Positions 31,017 to 40,560 of a stretch of 64,000 bases of DNA are shown in pieces (the stretch's first letter is position 1; each line of letters opens with the position of its first letter). The stretch lies in assembly GCA_028284775.1 (NCBI GenBank), contig JANQRB010000074.1, positions 3,256 through 67,255 on the forward strand. The letters run 5' to 3'. This DNA comes from Candidatus Kapaibacterium sp. (lineage in GTDB: Bacteria; Bacteroidota; Ignavibacteria; Kapaibacteriales; UBA7675). Under the pieces are notes generated by a model. That model saw only the letters and a program-made list of their open reading frames with translations, had not been told where the DNA came from and did no database searches. A program made the translations under genes and the position numbers.

Positions 31017-31784
31017 TTGGGATATGTAATGAAGACCCAGGAACAGGACGTACAAGTCCACAATAGAGAGCAGGTAGACTATTTCAGCTCTAAGGTCAAG
31101 CCGACGATGGTCCCTGAAGATACGCCGTACATCGTCAGACAGATTGATGAATTACTTGCATTCGGCAATATCGGACCTGGTAATCGGGTACTGGACGTCG
31201 GCTGCGGCATGGGACGATATACGCTGAATATTGCAGGACGAGGCATTAACATCGAGGGCCTTGACCTGACGCCCTTCCTGCTGGAAAAACTGAATGAGTA
31301 TAACAACGGCCGATACAATATTCCTCTTCATTGTGCAGACATTATCGATCATCCGGAAGAAATGAACGGCAGATACGACGCCGTGATTGGTTTTTTTACC
31401 CTACATCATTTGCACAACATCCCGGTCTGCTATCAAGCCATGGCAAAAATGGTGAAGCCAGGTGGATCGATCTTGTTTCTGGAGCCGAATGCCTATAATC
31501 CTTTGTACTACATTCAGGTTGCGATTTCGCCTGGCATGAAATGGAAGGGCGGCGACGAAGGTATCGTTGACATGCGTAGGAGCGTAGTATTCGATGCAAT
31601 GAAGTCGGCCGGATTAACAGATCTACAGCTAAAGCGCTTTGGTTTTTTCCCACCTTTTCTTGCCAACCGGAGCTGGGGTCAGCGCCTGGAAATAGCGCTG
31701 GAAAAGTTTCCGGTCTGGGGTCCGATGTTGCCATTTCAGATATTCAAGGGAAGCAAACCGGGGCATGAGAATTCCGCCGTTTAA
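31017..31784 (+). CDS. Class I SAM-dependent methyltransferase.
   Basis: Motif I VLDVGCGMGRYTLNIAG, acidic residue GLDLTP, motif II-like YDAVIGFFTLHHL and GGSILFLEPN. Confidence 0.7.
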   Translation: MGYVMKTQEQDVQVHNREQVDYFSSKVKPTMVPEDTPYIVRQIDELLAFGNIGPGNRVLDVGCGMGRYTLNIAGRGINIEGLDLTPFLLEKLNEYNNGRYNIPLHCADIIDHPEEMNGRYDAVIGFFTLHHLHNIPVCYQAMAKMVKPGGSILFLEPNAYNPLYYIQVAISPGMKWKGGDEGIVDMRRSVVFDAMKSAGLTDLQLKRFGFFPPFLANRSWGQRLEIALEKFPVWGPMLPFQIFKGSKPGHENSAV

Positions 31785-33294
31785 GAGTGAAGCCGAAGAA
31801 AATGAGCCGGATTTACCTTGGTTCAGGTCAACGCCGTCGCAACTAGCGTTTGTCTATTTGATGTCGATCCTCATATTGCTCCAATATGGAATCGATAAAC
31901 AGGCAATTCAGCACGACTGCGCCTATCTAATGTACATGGGGCAGGTCGTTTTCCGGGGAGATGCGCTCTATTCTTCCACTACCTTCGGCTATACGCCCTA
32001 TGGGCCGATGCTTTCGGCGTTTACAATGCATATCGGCCAGCTATTTGGCTTTAAAACATATCTGGCGCCCCGTTACTTCAGTTTGATTGTGGCGGCTCTC
32101 AATTCCTGTTTATTGTATCTGATTGCTCGCAACATCTCGCGCAGCAGCCGGATGGGTATATTCGCGGGCCTGACTTTAAGTGGATTTGGCTATCTGGCGA
32201 TTCTCAGTATCAGCAGCCTCGAACCAAAATTGATGGTTGTCACATGCATGCTACTGGCAATGCACGCGCTGCAGCAACACCGATGGCTGGTAGCCGGCGC
32301 AGCCAGTGCCGCGGCCGCAATGTTCTGGCAGCCCGCCCTCATCATAACGCCTGCGATAGCGACAATGCTGATCCTGTTTGATTCCGCGGCCTTGTTAAAG
32401 CGACTTGCAAGGTTTTGCGCAGGCTATTTCCTGGGCCTCCTGCCGGCAATCATCTATCTGACGAGTACGCAGGACTGGAGTAATTTTTATTTCCAGGCAA
32501 TCGTCAGGAAAGCCTTAACCGATCTTCCCAATGCTGCCGATGCTCCTATTTCATGGCTGGGTGACGCTCTGACGATATACTATACGGAAGTATTCGTCTT
32601 TGTGTTTGCACTTGCGGGTTTCATTTACTGTATCATCCGCTTGCTGATTCTGTCGAAGGCATCGCGAAACGAACTCTTGATCAATGGAGGATATGGCGCA
32701 GTCATACTCTTAACGCTGCTTTGGTCATTGTTTAACAGCATTGAGTTTGATGGTGGTCAGGATTTGGTACCCATTCTTCCACTCCTGGCTTTTTGGTTCG
32801 CATACCTTCTTGATGAACTACTTCGTAGAGGGCGCCACATTGCACCCCGCTACGCGAAGGCCAAAAAGGCCGTAACAGCCGCCGTTCTGACCCTGGTGGG
32901 GGGCTACCTCTATTTCGATGCCATGTCGTACAAACCGACATACACGCTCTCGGCTCAATACGAAACGCTGAACAATTGTATTGACTCTGCCAATCCGCCG
33001 CCCCGATTTCTAAGTTTTAATGCTGAAGAATTCTATGTATTAACCGAACAGCGCGCCCCCCTGCGCTATACGCAGTTGGGTAGATGGATAGAGCTCTTAA
33101 TCGATCACTACGAACCCGGGAAAATCGATGGTTTTCTGGCTTCCCTAAAAAGAGAATTACCGCCAATCGTGATCATCCGGCACAAGAAAGACAGCGCCGT
33201 TCAGGACAGTATTGAGAGCTTTTTGGCGGATTACACAAAATCGAGCATCGTAGCTCCCGGTTTATACAAAGGATATTCGCTTTACAGAAAGTAA
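31765..33294 (+). CDS. Large polytopic membrane protein, probably a GT-C-fold (PMT/ArnT/GtrC-like) glycosyltransferase.
   Basis: 509 aa with 10 or more predicted TM helices. A conserved periplasmic-loop-like segment follows the first TM. It overlaps the upstream methyltransferase gene and sits immediately after a polyprenyl-P-sugar-type GT2. GT-C membership is an inference from topology and context, not a motif match. Confidence 0.4.
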   Translation: MRIPPFKSEAEENEPDLPWFRSTPSQLAFVYLMSILILLQYGIDKQAIQHDCAYLMYMGQVVFRGDALYSSTTFGYTPYGPMLSAFTMHIGQLFGFKTYLAPRYFSLIVAALNSCLLYLIARNISRSSRMGIFAGLTLSGFGYLAILSISSLEPKLMVVTCMLLAMHALQQHRWLVAGAASAAAAMFWQPALIITPAIATMLILFDSAALLKRLARFCAGYFLGLLPAIIYLTSTQDWSNFYFQAIVRKALTDLPNAADAPISWLGDALTIYYTEVFVFVFALAGFIYCIIRLLILSKASRNELLINGGYGAVILLTLLWSLFNSIEFDGGQDLVPILPLLAFWFAYLLDELLRRGRHIAPRYAKAKKAVTAAVLTLVGGYLYFDAMSYKPTYTLSAQYETLNNCIDSANPPPRFLSFNAEEFYVLTEQRAPLRYTQLGRWIELLIDHYEPGKIDGFLASLKRELPPIVIIRHKKDSAVQDSIESFLADYTKSSIVAPGLYKGYSLYRK

Positions 33295-33425
33295 CAGTAG
33301 ACTGTTCGAATGAACAAGACCGGAGTAACTGGCTGTAGAGGGATGATGAGCTGCTATCTTAATAGTTGGAGTACATGGCCGAGACCTTTCGCTCAGTGCG
33401 AAGTCTTGTCGGAGTGGAAATCAGT

Positions 33426-35063
33426 TTACAGCTGAGCAAGCCCGCGCTCCGCTACTTTACGCTTAAACACCTCTACAATCGAAACTTCGTCCGCTTTACT
33501 TTCCAGCCAGAACAGTAATTCAGTTCGGCCCAGGGGAATGCTCTCGGCACAGCCTTGCACAAGTGTTGTGAGCTCAGCATGCAGCTGTCGGCAGATCGCG
33601 GCTATTTCCGCGGGCCGCGTGGTAGCGGCGATTTTATTGAGACCGGCAAGGTAAGTTTTGACAAAGTCATCGAGGCGTTTCCTGCGCTTCAGATAGCGCT
33701 GCGCTGAACGAACGAGCGAGTCAAGCAAATCCAGGCTGCCCAATTCGACATGCAACACTGGCAACAGCAGACGCGCGCATTCCTGAATGTCACGGCGAAT
33801 TTCAATCTGCGCCTGCGACAGAATTTTTTCGAGCCACTGCAGAGTGCGGGCAAAATCGCCGCTGAAGAACAGGAGCAGCATAATGTTGTAGTGAAAAATC
33901 ATTACGCGTGCTTCACTCAGCTTACCGGCATAAGTGTTTAAGCGATGTTCGATTTCATCTATGAGAGCCAGGCTGTCGTCAAAGCTGCCGGTCTGTAATC
34001 GGAAAGTCAGCTCCAGGTAGTAAACGTTCTCGAAAGTCCTGATTTCGTCATGCAGCGAATCCGAGGGCAGCGCTTTGATCGATTGCAGCACCGGCTGGAT
34101 TTCGTCTAAGCGTTCAGCCGCAATACATGCATTCAGGTAATTGGTAAGGATGGCTTTGTAGCGCGCAGCTTCAAATGAAATTCTCTGCGGATGGTTGTTC
34201 CACAATTCAACCAGGCGTTTTTGATAAGCGTAGGTTTTATTTTTACGGCCGGTAATCATTGAATGTAGTGCGTGGATCTGAAGATAGCTCGATTTTGCCC
34301 GAAAGGTCAAAGCCTGCCTTTCACTCTTCAAAAGCGAGTGCGTCATTATCTCCTGCAAGCGGGCGAATGTTTGCGCATCCTGGGCGTGCATTTGCTGCTT
34401 CACAAGGATTGTCATGCGCGTATTGAGATCGGCGTAAACTTTTTCATTGTTTAACTTGGCAAGTGTCATTTGTTCGCGTTCCAGGATATCCGTCAGTTCG
34501 CCCTCGATGTTTTTCTTTTGCTGTTGAAGGGTCGTCATCCGTTCCATATCCAGAATTTCGAGCAATTCGAGATGCCGGTCGAATTGTTCGGCCTGGACCC
34601 GGGCCTTTTTCAAAAACTTGTGGCCCAGCTTGTATAGCCCGCGGTCAAAAAGGATAGCGATACTCCGCACCATCTCCTGTAGGCCTGCAAGCTGCGATTT
34701 CCCTGTTTGATGCAGGTAGAGACTGTGCACGATAAGTCTGGCGAGTTGATAGCGTGTCGAGGGTAGGTGAGCCACAAAGCTTTCGTGGCGTAGTTTTTTA
34801 CGTAGTCGGTCTTCATCAGTGCCGCCGTAGCGCTCGATGGCCTCAAAGAGTTTCAGGTAGTTATTGCGTCCGAGTTTGCTGTTACGCCTTGCCAACTGGC
34901 GAAACGATCGCTTTTCGCTAGCGCTCATCGATTGAATGAGCTGGTAGACTTCCTTCGTGGCTTTCATTCGAATGTATCTCCTGTCGCTGTTGCAGCTCGC
35001 TCCCGACCGACTCGCAAGGTCTGGCAGACCGACCTTCTCGCTAGTTACAAAAATCAGCGGCAT
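33426..35063 (-). CDS. All-helical (TPR-like) protein of unknown function, paralog of 51413..52969. The likely start is MKATKEVY, 96 nt inside the ORF.
   Basis: Collinear similarity to the 51413 product (KEVYQLIQSMSASEKRSFRQL...RNNYLKLFEAIERY versus DELFQLVKSLTPAEKRYFKVF...RNNYVHLFDAINRM). No enzymatic motifs. Confidence 0.5.
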   Translation of the reverse strand: MPLIFVTSEKVGLPDLASRSGASCNSDRRYIRMKATKEVYQLIQSMSASEKRSFRQLARRNSKLGRNNYLKLFEAIERYGGTDEDRLRKKLRHESFVAHLPSTRYQLARLIVHSLYLHQTGKSQLAGLQEMVRSIAILFDRGLYKLGHKFLKKARVQAEQFDRHLELLEILDMERMTTLQQQKKNIEGELTDILEREQMTLAKLNNEKVYADLNTRMTILVKQQMHAQDAQTFARLQEIMTHSLLKSERQALTFRAKSSYLQIHALHSMITGRKNKTYAYQKRLVELWNNHPQRISFEAARYKAILTNYLNACIAAERLDEIQPVLQSIKALPSDSLHDEIRTFENVYYLELTFRLQTGSFDDSLALIDEIEHRLNTYAGKLSEARVMIFHYNIMLLLFFSGDFARTLQWLEKILSQAQIEIRRDIQECARLLLPVLHVELGSLDLLDSLVRSAQRYLKRRKRLDDFVKTYLAGLNKIAATTRPAEIAAICRQLHAELTTLVQGCAESIPLGRTELLFWLESKADEVSIVEVFKRKVAERGLAQL

Positions 35064-35301
35064 TTGCCAAGCAGTATCTCCTTCAATTTCAGCATTATTC
35101 CTCCGGCAGTTAACTTGTTTGTTATTATGTAATTAGCGAACGTTTCAAGCTCGCAGGTTGGCAAATTTTGTCAGATTTGCGTTTCAAAAAATTATCGAGT
35201 TTGGCTGGTACAGATACATTGGAATACGGTAATTGCAGCTGTTCAATCTGTTGGTCTGTCCGACAAAACAATCTGTCAAAATCATTCACAAGGAGCGAGC
35301 G

Positions 35302-35718
35302 ATGATGAATGAAGTATTAGCAGGCGGAAATGGAATCAGCAATCTACAGGAAATTCAAGTGTCCGATCTGGAACATTGTGCGGGCGCCAATACCTGGAAT
35401 ATCGGCCCCTTTAAGATCATTTTCACCAAATTTCCCAACGACGACACGAAGCTGACCGTTACGGTTTTTTCCTACCGTTGTGGAGGAGGCAGCGGTTACA
35501 GCACTCAACAGACCTTAAACACAATTTCCAAGGCCACCTGGGGATGGCGATTCCCCGAACAAAGTCACATGACAATTGCATTCAGATTAATTACTATGCC
35601 AAACTGTAATGATGTGGCGCAAGTTGCGATCGCCGCGTTTAACGATCTCGAATCACCGGGATGGACTGTCGGGGCCCTTGATTGGGCCGACATTATATAC
35701 GGTGAAGGTTCAGACTGA
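35302..35718 (+). CDS. Hypothetical small protein. The start is taken at MMNEVL, inside ORF 35233..35718.
   Basis: ORF only; no recognisable motifs. Confidence 0.3.
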   Translation: MMNEVLAGGNGISNLQEIQVSDLEHCAGANTWNIGPFKIIFTKFPNDDTKLTVTVFSYRCGGGSGYSTQQTLNTISKATWGWRFPEQSHMTIAFRLITMPNCNDVAQVAIAAFNDLESPGWTVGALDWADIIYGEGSD

Positions 35719-36376
35719 GACATTCATTAGCAGGGGCGAGATTGGTCACGTAGCGGAATCTCACTGACGAGACGCATAATGTTTTGAAGTGTAGGCCGGA
35801 CCATTGAGCGGTTCGGCTGCTCGCTCGCCGGCATGCTTCTGAGTCGAATTGAAGCGGAGGCATGCCGGTACTTTCAAAAGCCGACAATCGCAGATCGGTT
35901 GGCAAGGTTCAAATATCGGCAGACATCGCCAGAGCATGATTTTGGCGCATGCAACACATACCCTGAGCCGTCTTTTAGGATAGTTCGTAAGCTGTGGCTG
36001 TAGTGAGGTATTAACTCACGCCAGGAATTTCCTTGACGCAGTCTTCCGTGGCAACGGACCTCGACGGCTGTCGGCAAAAGTTGACGGAAAACAGAACTTC
36101 GTGCTGTAGCTCGACCGGGCGGGCTGAGCTCCTGAAGTTCATTCGACCTTACTGCAGCAATTGAATTCAGCGAGTTTCCAACTACTTCACTTAGTTGGTA
36201 TTACCTACGTACTGCATTGCCTCCTTGTGTCCTGCTGCAAAAACACCAGGACAACAATTTGATAAAACAGAAAACAAGCTGTCTTTTGCCTCCGAATTGC
36301 TCATAGCGCGTTTAGGCACCTGGCAAGTCGGGACATAAGTACAGGAAGTTTATCATTTGCTAATTTGGAGAGTATT

Positions 36377-36856
36377 ATGGCAAGCGAAACACTTGATAGT
36401 TACTATGAGCAACTTAACGCAGATTCACAGATACGTGAGAGATACGTGCGGGATCTGAGCGCGGCGCTCCGGTCTGGCGGCGTGACGATCGATGAAGCTC
36501 AAATCACACAGATGATCGCAAACGCCGGACAGGAGGCGGCTCAGCCGGCACTCAGCGCATCGGTACCGCTGCCGGAGTTCACGGCGCACTGGTGGGGCTT
36601 TCGGATCAAAATTTCTTCGGAATTCCTCAAGTGGATATCGATATCAGGCGTTGCTGTCGGAGCCCTGGTATTGATGCTGGCGCCTCTGGCGGTGTTGTTG
36701 GGTCCGATTGCGGCAGCGGTCGTCGGCGCGCTGGCGGTCTATCTCCTGGCTCAACATACGGCCCTGCTCATCCAGGCGAATAACTGCGGCGGATTCGTAT
36801 GCCTCGAAGCCTTGTGGATCTCCCCGGTCGTTTTTGTTCCAAAGTGCTGTTCCTGA
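36377..36856 (+). CDS. Small membrane protein: Nif11-like helical N-terminus, one or two TM helices, and a Cys-rich C-terminus.
   Basis: N-terminus SETLDSYYEQLNADSQIRERYVRDL...GVTIDEAQI resembles the Nif11 leader-like domain. It is followed by a hydrophobic AVGALVLMLAPLAVLLGPIAAAVVGALAVYLLA stretch and ends NNCGGFVCLEALWISPVVFVPKCCS. Confidence 0.35.
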   Translation: MASETLDSYYEQLNADSQIRERYVRDLSAALRSGGVTIDEAQITQMIANAGQEAAQPALSASVPLPEFTAHWWGFRIKISSEFLKWISISGVAVGALVLMLAPLAVLLGPIAAAVVGALAVYLLAQHTALLIQANNCGGFVCLEALWISPVVFVPKCCS

Positions 36857-37194
36857 TGCTCACAATGACGGGGAATGGTTGCGACCATTCCTCGTCGGAC
36901 TTTTCTGGCATTTCAATGGCCTCTCTGTCAACGACACTCTGTCAGTCTAATGTGGTGAATAGACAGGTCTGTTGTTCAATTGCCGGTGAATTGAACAAGC
37001 TTGAACGCCTTTGAAAGTTGTCTGTATCACAAGCGGTGACTTGTTGAACGGTGTGTTAAAAGTTGGAGCCTACTTCATTGGCGAATGGAATATGATAATG
37101 GGGAATTATCATATTGCACAAGAGTACTTCACAAAAACACTTGCCTTAGATCCGGGCAATCGGAATGCGATCGAATCGTTGAGAATAATTGCTG

Positions 37195-37264
37195 AAAGAG
37201 AAAAAGAGTCGTCCGATACCGACTAATGCGTTGAGCCATTGCGCTTCGTTGAGTATCGGACGAC
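37195..37264 (-). terminator. Rho-independent terminator of the sulfurtransferase gene.
   Basis: On the minus strand a 12-bp stem GTCGTCCGATAC/GTATCGGACGAC with a long loop is followed by CTCTTTTTCTCTTTC. Confidence 0.55.
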
Positions 37265-37284
37265 TGATAAAACGTTGTAATTCG

Positions 37285-38196
37285 CTAGGCTGACCGCAGT
37301 ACTGTTTCCCTGGGCTCGGCGATGAGACTCTCCATCGGCGTTTTCTCCAGGTTGGCCCATTCCGCCATCGAAGCATCGTAGAGCTTCACTTCGGGATAGC
37401 CCAGCAACTCGAGGCAAAAAGCCATAAAAGAAGCTCGCACGCCAGCCTGACAATGGACGACGATGGTCCTTTCGCGGTCAATTCCCGTTTCATTCAGCAG
37501 ACGCTCCATGTCTGCAGCCGACTGCAATACCTGCGCCCCTTCGAACTCATCGGATGGCCGAAGCATTCGTTTCCATTCAAGATGGTAGGCGCCGGGGATA
37601 TGTCCGCCCCTCGCATTGCCAGCGCGATTGGCGCCGCTGTACTCCTCATCGGAACGGACATCCAGAATCTGCCAGTCATGCTTGCGAAAGTTTGCCAGCA
37701 GCTGATCGAGCGTTGCCAGCTTAGCGCCATGTTCGCATAGGGAAGGGGCTGCCATGGCCGGCGCTTTTGATTCAATCGCAAAGCTGATCGGCAGCCCGGC
37801 CGCAACCCAGGCCTGCCAGCCGCCATCGAGAATGCGAGCATCCCCGAATCCATAATAACGCAGCAGCCACCACATCCGAGTCGCAAAGTGATTCTGCCAG
37901 TCGTCGTAGCAGATTACCGTCGAGTCCGCTTCAATGCCTAATGAATGCACCAGCGTCCGGAATTCATCCGCATCGGGTAAGTGCCGAGACGCCTGCCCCT
38001 CGCCTGTAGATTTGATGTAGGGATGTCCCGGCCTCATCAGAGCTCCGGGGATGTGAGCACGCTTGTACGCATTCGCATCCCAGTTGCAATCGATTATTAC
38101 GACCTTTTCATCGTCCAGCTTTTTCGATAGCCAGTGAACCGTTGTAATGAGTTGGGAATTGAGGAATGACATATTGTTGTCTTGAGATTTGTTCAA
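37285..38196 (-). CDS. sseA: 3-mercaptopyruvate/thiosulfate sulfurtransferase (tandem rhodanese domains).
   Basis: Two rhodanese modules. The active-site loop CQAGVRAS is in the C-terminal module. HIPGA in both halves; 303 aa. Confidence 0.85.
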   Translation of the reverse strand: MNKSQDNNMSFLNSQLITTVHWLSKKLDDEKVVIIDCNWDANAYKRAHIPGALMRPGHPYIKSTGEGQASRHLPDADEFRTLVHSLGIEADSTVICYDDWQNHFATRMWWLLRYYGFGDARILDGGWQAWVAAGLPISFAIESKAPAMAAPSLCEHGAKLATLDQLLANFRKHDWQILDVRSDEEYSGANRAGNARGGHIPGAYHLEWKRMLRPSDEFEGAQVLQSAADMERLLNETGIDRERTIVVHCQAGVRASFMAFCLELLGYPEVKLYDASMAEWANLEKTPMESLIAEPRETVLRSA

Positions 38197-38201
38197 GGAT
38201 T

Positions 38202-38705
38202 TCAGTTATTCTCAACCGCCCGCTTGAGATTGCTTAACATCTTGTCGTAGAATTGAACCTGCTTGGCTATTGATTCCGGCGTTTGGGGACCGGACTCGGT
38301 ATAGGACAGCTTAAAGCGAACGACGGTTTGATTGCCACTGGAATTTAATAACCAGCGTTGGCTGCAGAAGTAGCTGGCGTTTTCCGGGTCCCAGACAAAT
38401 CGCAACTCGGAATTGCGAACGGACTTGATGACAACGAAGCTGCCTTTGTCGCCCCAAACGGCAAGATTGACATTGTCACCCACAGCCGCGATCTTTTTGT
38501 CGCCCGACTCATAGTTGTAATTGAGGAGATTGCAAAATTTCTTCGTATTCGTCAGAACTTTCCAGACATCCGCCGGGCTGGCATTGATCGTCACGCTGCC
38601 CTCAAATTTCTGGCCGCCCAGTTTAACGTTCGTTGCCGGAGAGTTAGAGAATGAGTCCGACGTGCAGGCCAAAAACAACAGTGCAATAATTAAATAGCTC
38701 TTCAT
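38202..38705 (-). CDS. SRPBCC-family (START/Bet v1/polyketide-cyclase-like) lipoprotein.
   Basis: Lipobox FLAC; VTINASPADVWKVLTNTKKFCNLLNY is typical of the SRPBCC N-terminal strand-helix. Paralogous in architecture to 48640..49137. Confidence 0.5.
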   Translation of the reverse strand: MKSYLIIALLFLACTSDSFSNSPATNVKLGGQKFEGSVTINASPADVWKVLTNTKKFCNLLNYNYESGDKKIAAVGDNVNLAVWGDKGSFVVIKSVRNSELRFVWDPENASYFCSQRWLLNSSGNQTVVRFKLSYTESGPQTPESIAKQVQFYDKMLSNLKRAVENN

Positions 38706-38877
38706 GATTAACTCAGCTGGAAAATGTGTACTTGTGATTACGGGTTAGTTTGATTTGCCAAAGAGGACCGACTCAAACAATTACAGACTAAGAGTATCGA
38801 TGACCGTAAGTGAAAGCTATTGTTGAGTCAGTCGTATGAAATCACTTCATCCAATGGATGAGGTCGGCATTCTTTCA

Positions 38878-39324
38878 TCACTGGCTGCTTAAATAGGCGC
38901 CGACTTCCTGTAGTTCTTTCATGAATAGCTCTCTGTCATAATTGGTCCCGTTAAAATAGCCGCTCCACCCGGCTCCAAAACGGGCCAGGAGAACGGCCTC
39001 TTGAATCTCTTCCTCACTGGCGCCGTGAAGCCCGGCAACGCCGGTATGGAAATTTGTGCAGTACCAACATTGTTTAACCGCGGCGGCCGCGATTCCGATA
39101 AGCTCGCGGTACTTGGGCGGAATGGACGTATCTTCGCGCAAGACGGCTCTCTTGAACAAGGTCCATTCACTCTCAATAGTGTCTTCAGGCATTTCGCGCA
39201 AAAACTGCGGCACCTGACCTAAAGTTTCCGTGACTTCGGCGAACACTTCATCGCGGCTCATAAATCTTCCATTGTAGATTTGTAAAAAACATTTTGTCGG
39301 CCTTGGCGAAAGTCCTTGACTCAT
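38878..39324 (-). CDS. Carboxymuconolactone decarboxylase / AhpD-like family protein.
   Basis: AhpD-core helix with a Cys pair (IGIAAAAVKQCWYCTNFHTGV) and conserved His. Confidence 0.65.
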   Translation of the reverse strand: MSQGLSPRPTKCFLQIYNGRFMSRDEVFAEVTETLGQVPQFLREMPEDTIESEWTLFKRAVLREDTSIPPKYRELIGIAAAAVKQCWYCTNFHTGVAGLHGASEEEIQEAVLLARFGAGWSGYFNGTNYDRELFMKELQEVGAYLSSQ

Positions 39325-39427
39325 TCACGTGCTTGCTCAAAGCCTGAGCCAAGCTAAGGCTTGGGTGATACAATAAAAAATAATATATTTGAGCATCTGA
39401 TATAAATATATTTATTTGTGACTTTCT

Positions 39428-40309
39428 ATGTCAATCAATTTGGAATGGCTGCGGACCTTCCGGGCCGTCTACAAGAGCAAATCCTTAACCAGGGCATCGA
39501 AGCAATTGTTACTGACCCAACCGGCCGTCAGTCAACATATCGCGGCCCTGGAAGCACGGGCAGGCATAAAGCTCTTCACCAGAAAATCAAGAGGAGTAGC
39601 GCCAACCGAGTATGCCAAAACCCTAAATAATATGGTGGCTAATTCACTTGATGATCTGGAGAAAGTGGAAGCTTTATTCAGTGATGAGTCAAAGATCCAA
39701 AACCCCATCATCACAATTGGTATTTCAGAGCATTTGTACAAGGCCACGCTGGCGGGAATTTTGTCGCAAATCGAAGAGCAGGTTCACATAAAGTTCGGAG
39801 ATCAGGGAACTCTGATCAAAGAGGTTGAGGCAAGCAACATTCTCATCGCTGTTATCCCGGAAAAAATTAACACTTTTGACACTGTCTGCCATTCGCTGTT
39901 CAAGCAAAAGCTGATCCTGGTCTGTACTCCCGACATCGACATTGCTGAATTCGAGCAGTTGTTCCAGGTGGACAAAAAACTCGCCGAACGCTGGCTGTCG
40001 CAACAAGCCTGGTATTCGCATCGGCCGATCACTCCATTTATTAAACAGTTCTGGCTGAAAATTTTTGACAAAAAGAGACCTACGATCGTTCCCCAACGCG
40101 TGATTCCCAATGAAAATGAAGTACTGTATCAGTTGTCCCAGGGATCCGGCATGGCCTTGTGTTATGACAACAACGCCGCCCCCTACATTGCCGATGCCAC
40201 GCTTGTTGCCGCGAGCATTGACACGTCCATTAGCAGAGAAGTGTGTTTACTGGCTAACAGAAGCACGGACTCAAGACTTATCGAATTGATGCTGGGAATG
40301 CTCACCTAA
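39428..40309 (+). CDS. LysR-family transcriptional regulator.
   Basis: N-terminal HTH LEWLRTFRAVYKSKSLTRASKQLLLTQPAVSQHIAALE plus a C-terminal substrate-binding domain. Divergent from the CMD-family gene, the classic LysR arrangement. Confidence 0.85.
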   Translation: MSINLEWLRTFRAVYKSKSLTRASKQLLLTQPAVSQHIAALEARAGIKLFTRKSRGVAPTEYAKTLNNMVANSLDDLEKVEALFSDESKIQNPIITIGISEHLYKATLAGILSQIEEQVHIKFGDQGTLIKEVEASNILIAVIPEKINTFDTVCHSLFKQKLILVCTPDIDIAEFEQLFQVDKKLAERWLSQQAWYSHRPITPFIKQFWLKIFDKKRPTIVPQRVIPNENEVLYQLSQGSGMALCYDNNAAPYIADATLVAASIDTSISREVCLLANRSTDSRLIELMLGMLT

Positions 40310-40560
40310 TTTGGTGCTATCAGATTATCTATCTCTCATCATTCAGTGTCAGCAGATCTTACGAAGTTATAGTTTCGACTCGATGATTGCTGTCGCTGTC
40401 ATCATGCATGAGTTCCGAAGCATTGAGCGCAGGCCTGATTATTAACCAACAAAAATTCATCAATGTTACACATTGTTATCACTATATTGCCTAACAACCG
40501 AATTAGTCGTTTTGAGGAGTTTCGAACTACAATCTGATACAATTTGTCCGGGCGCTGACT

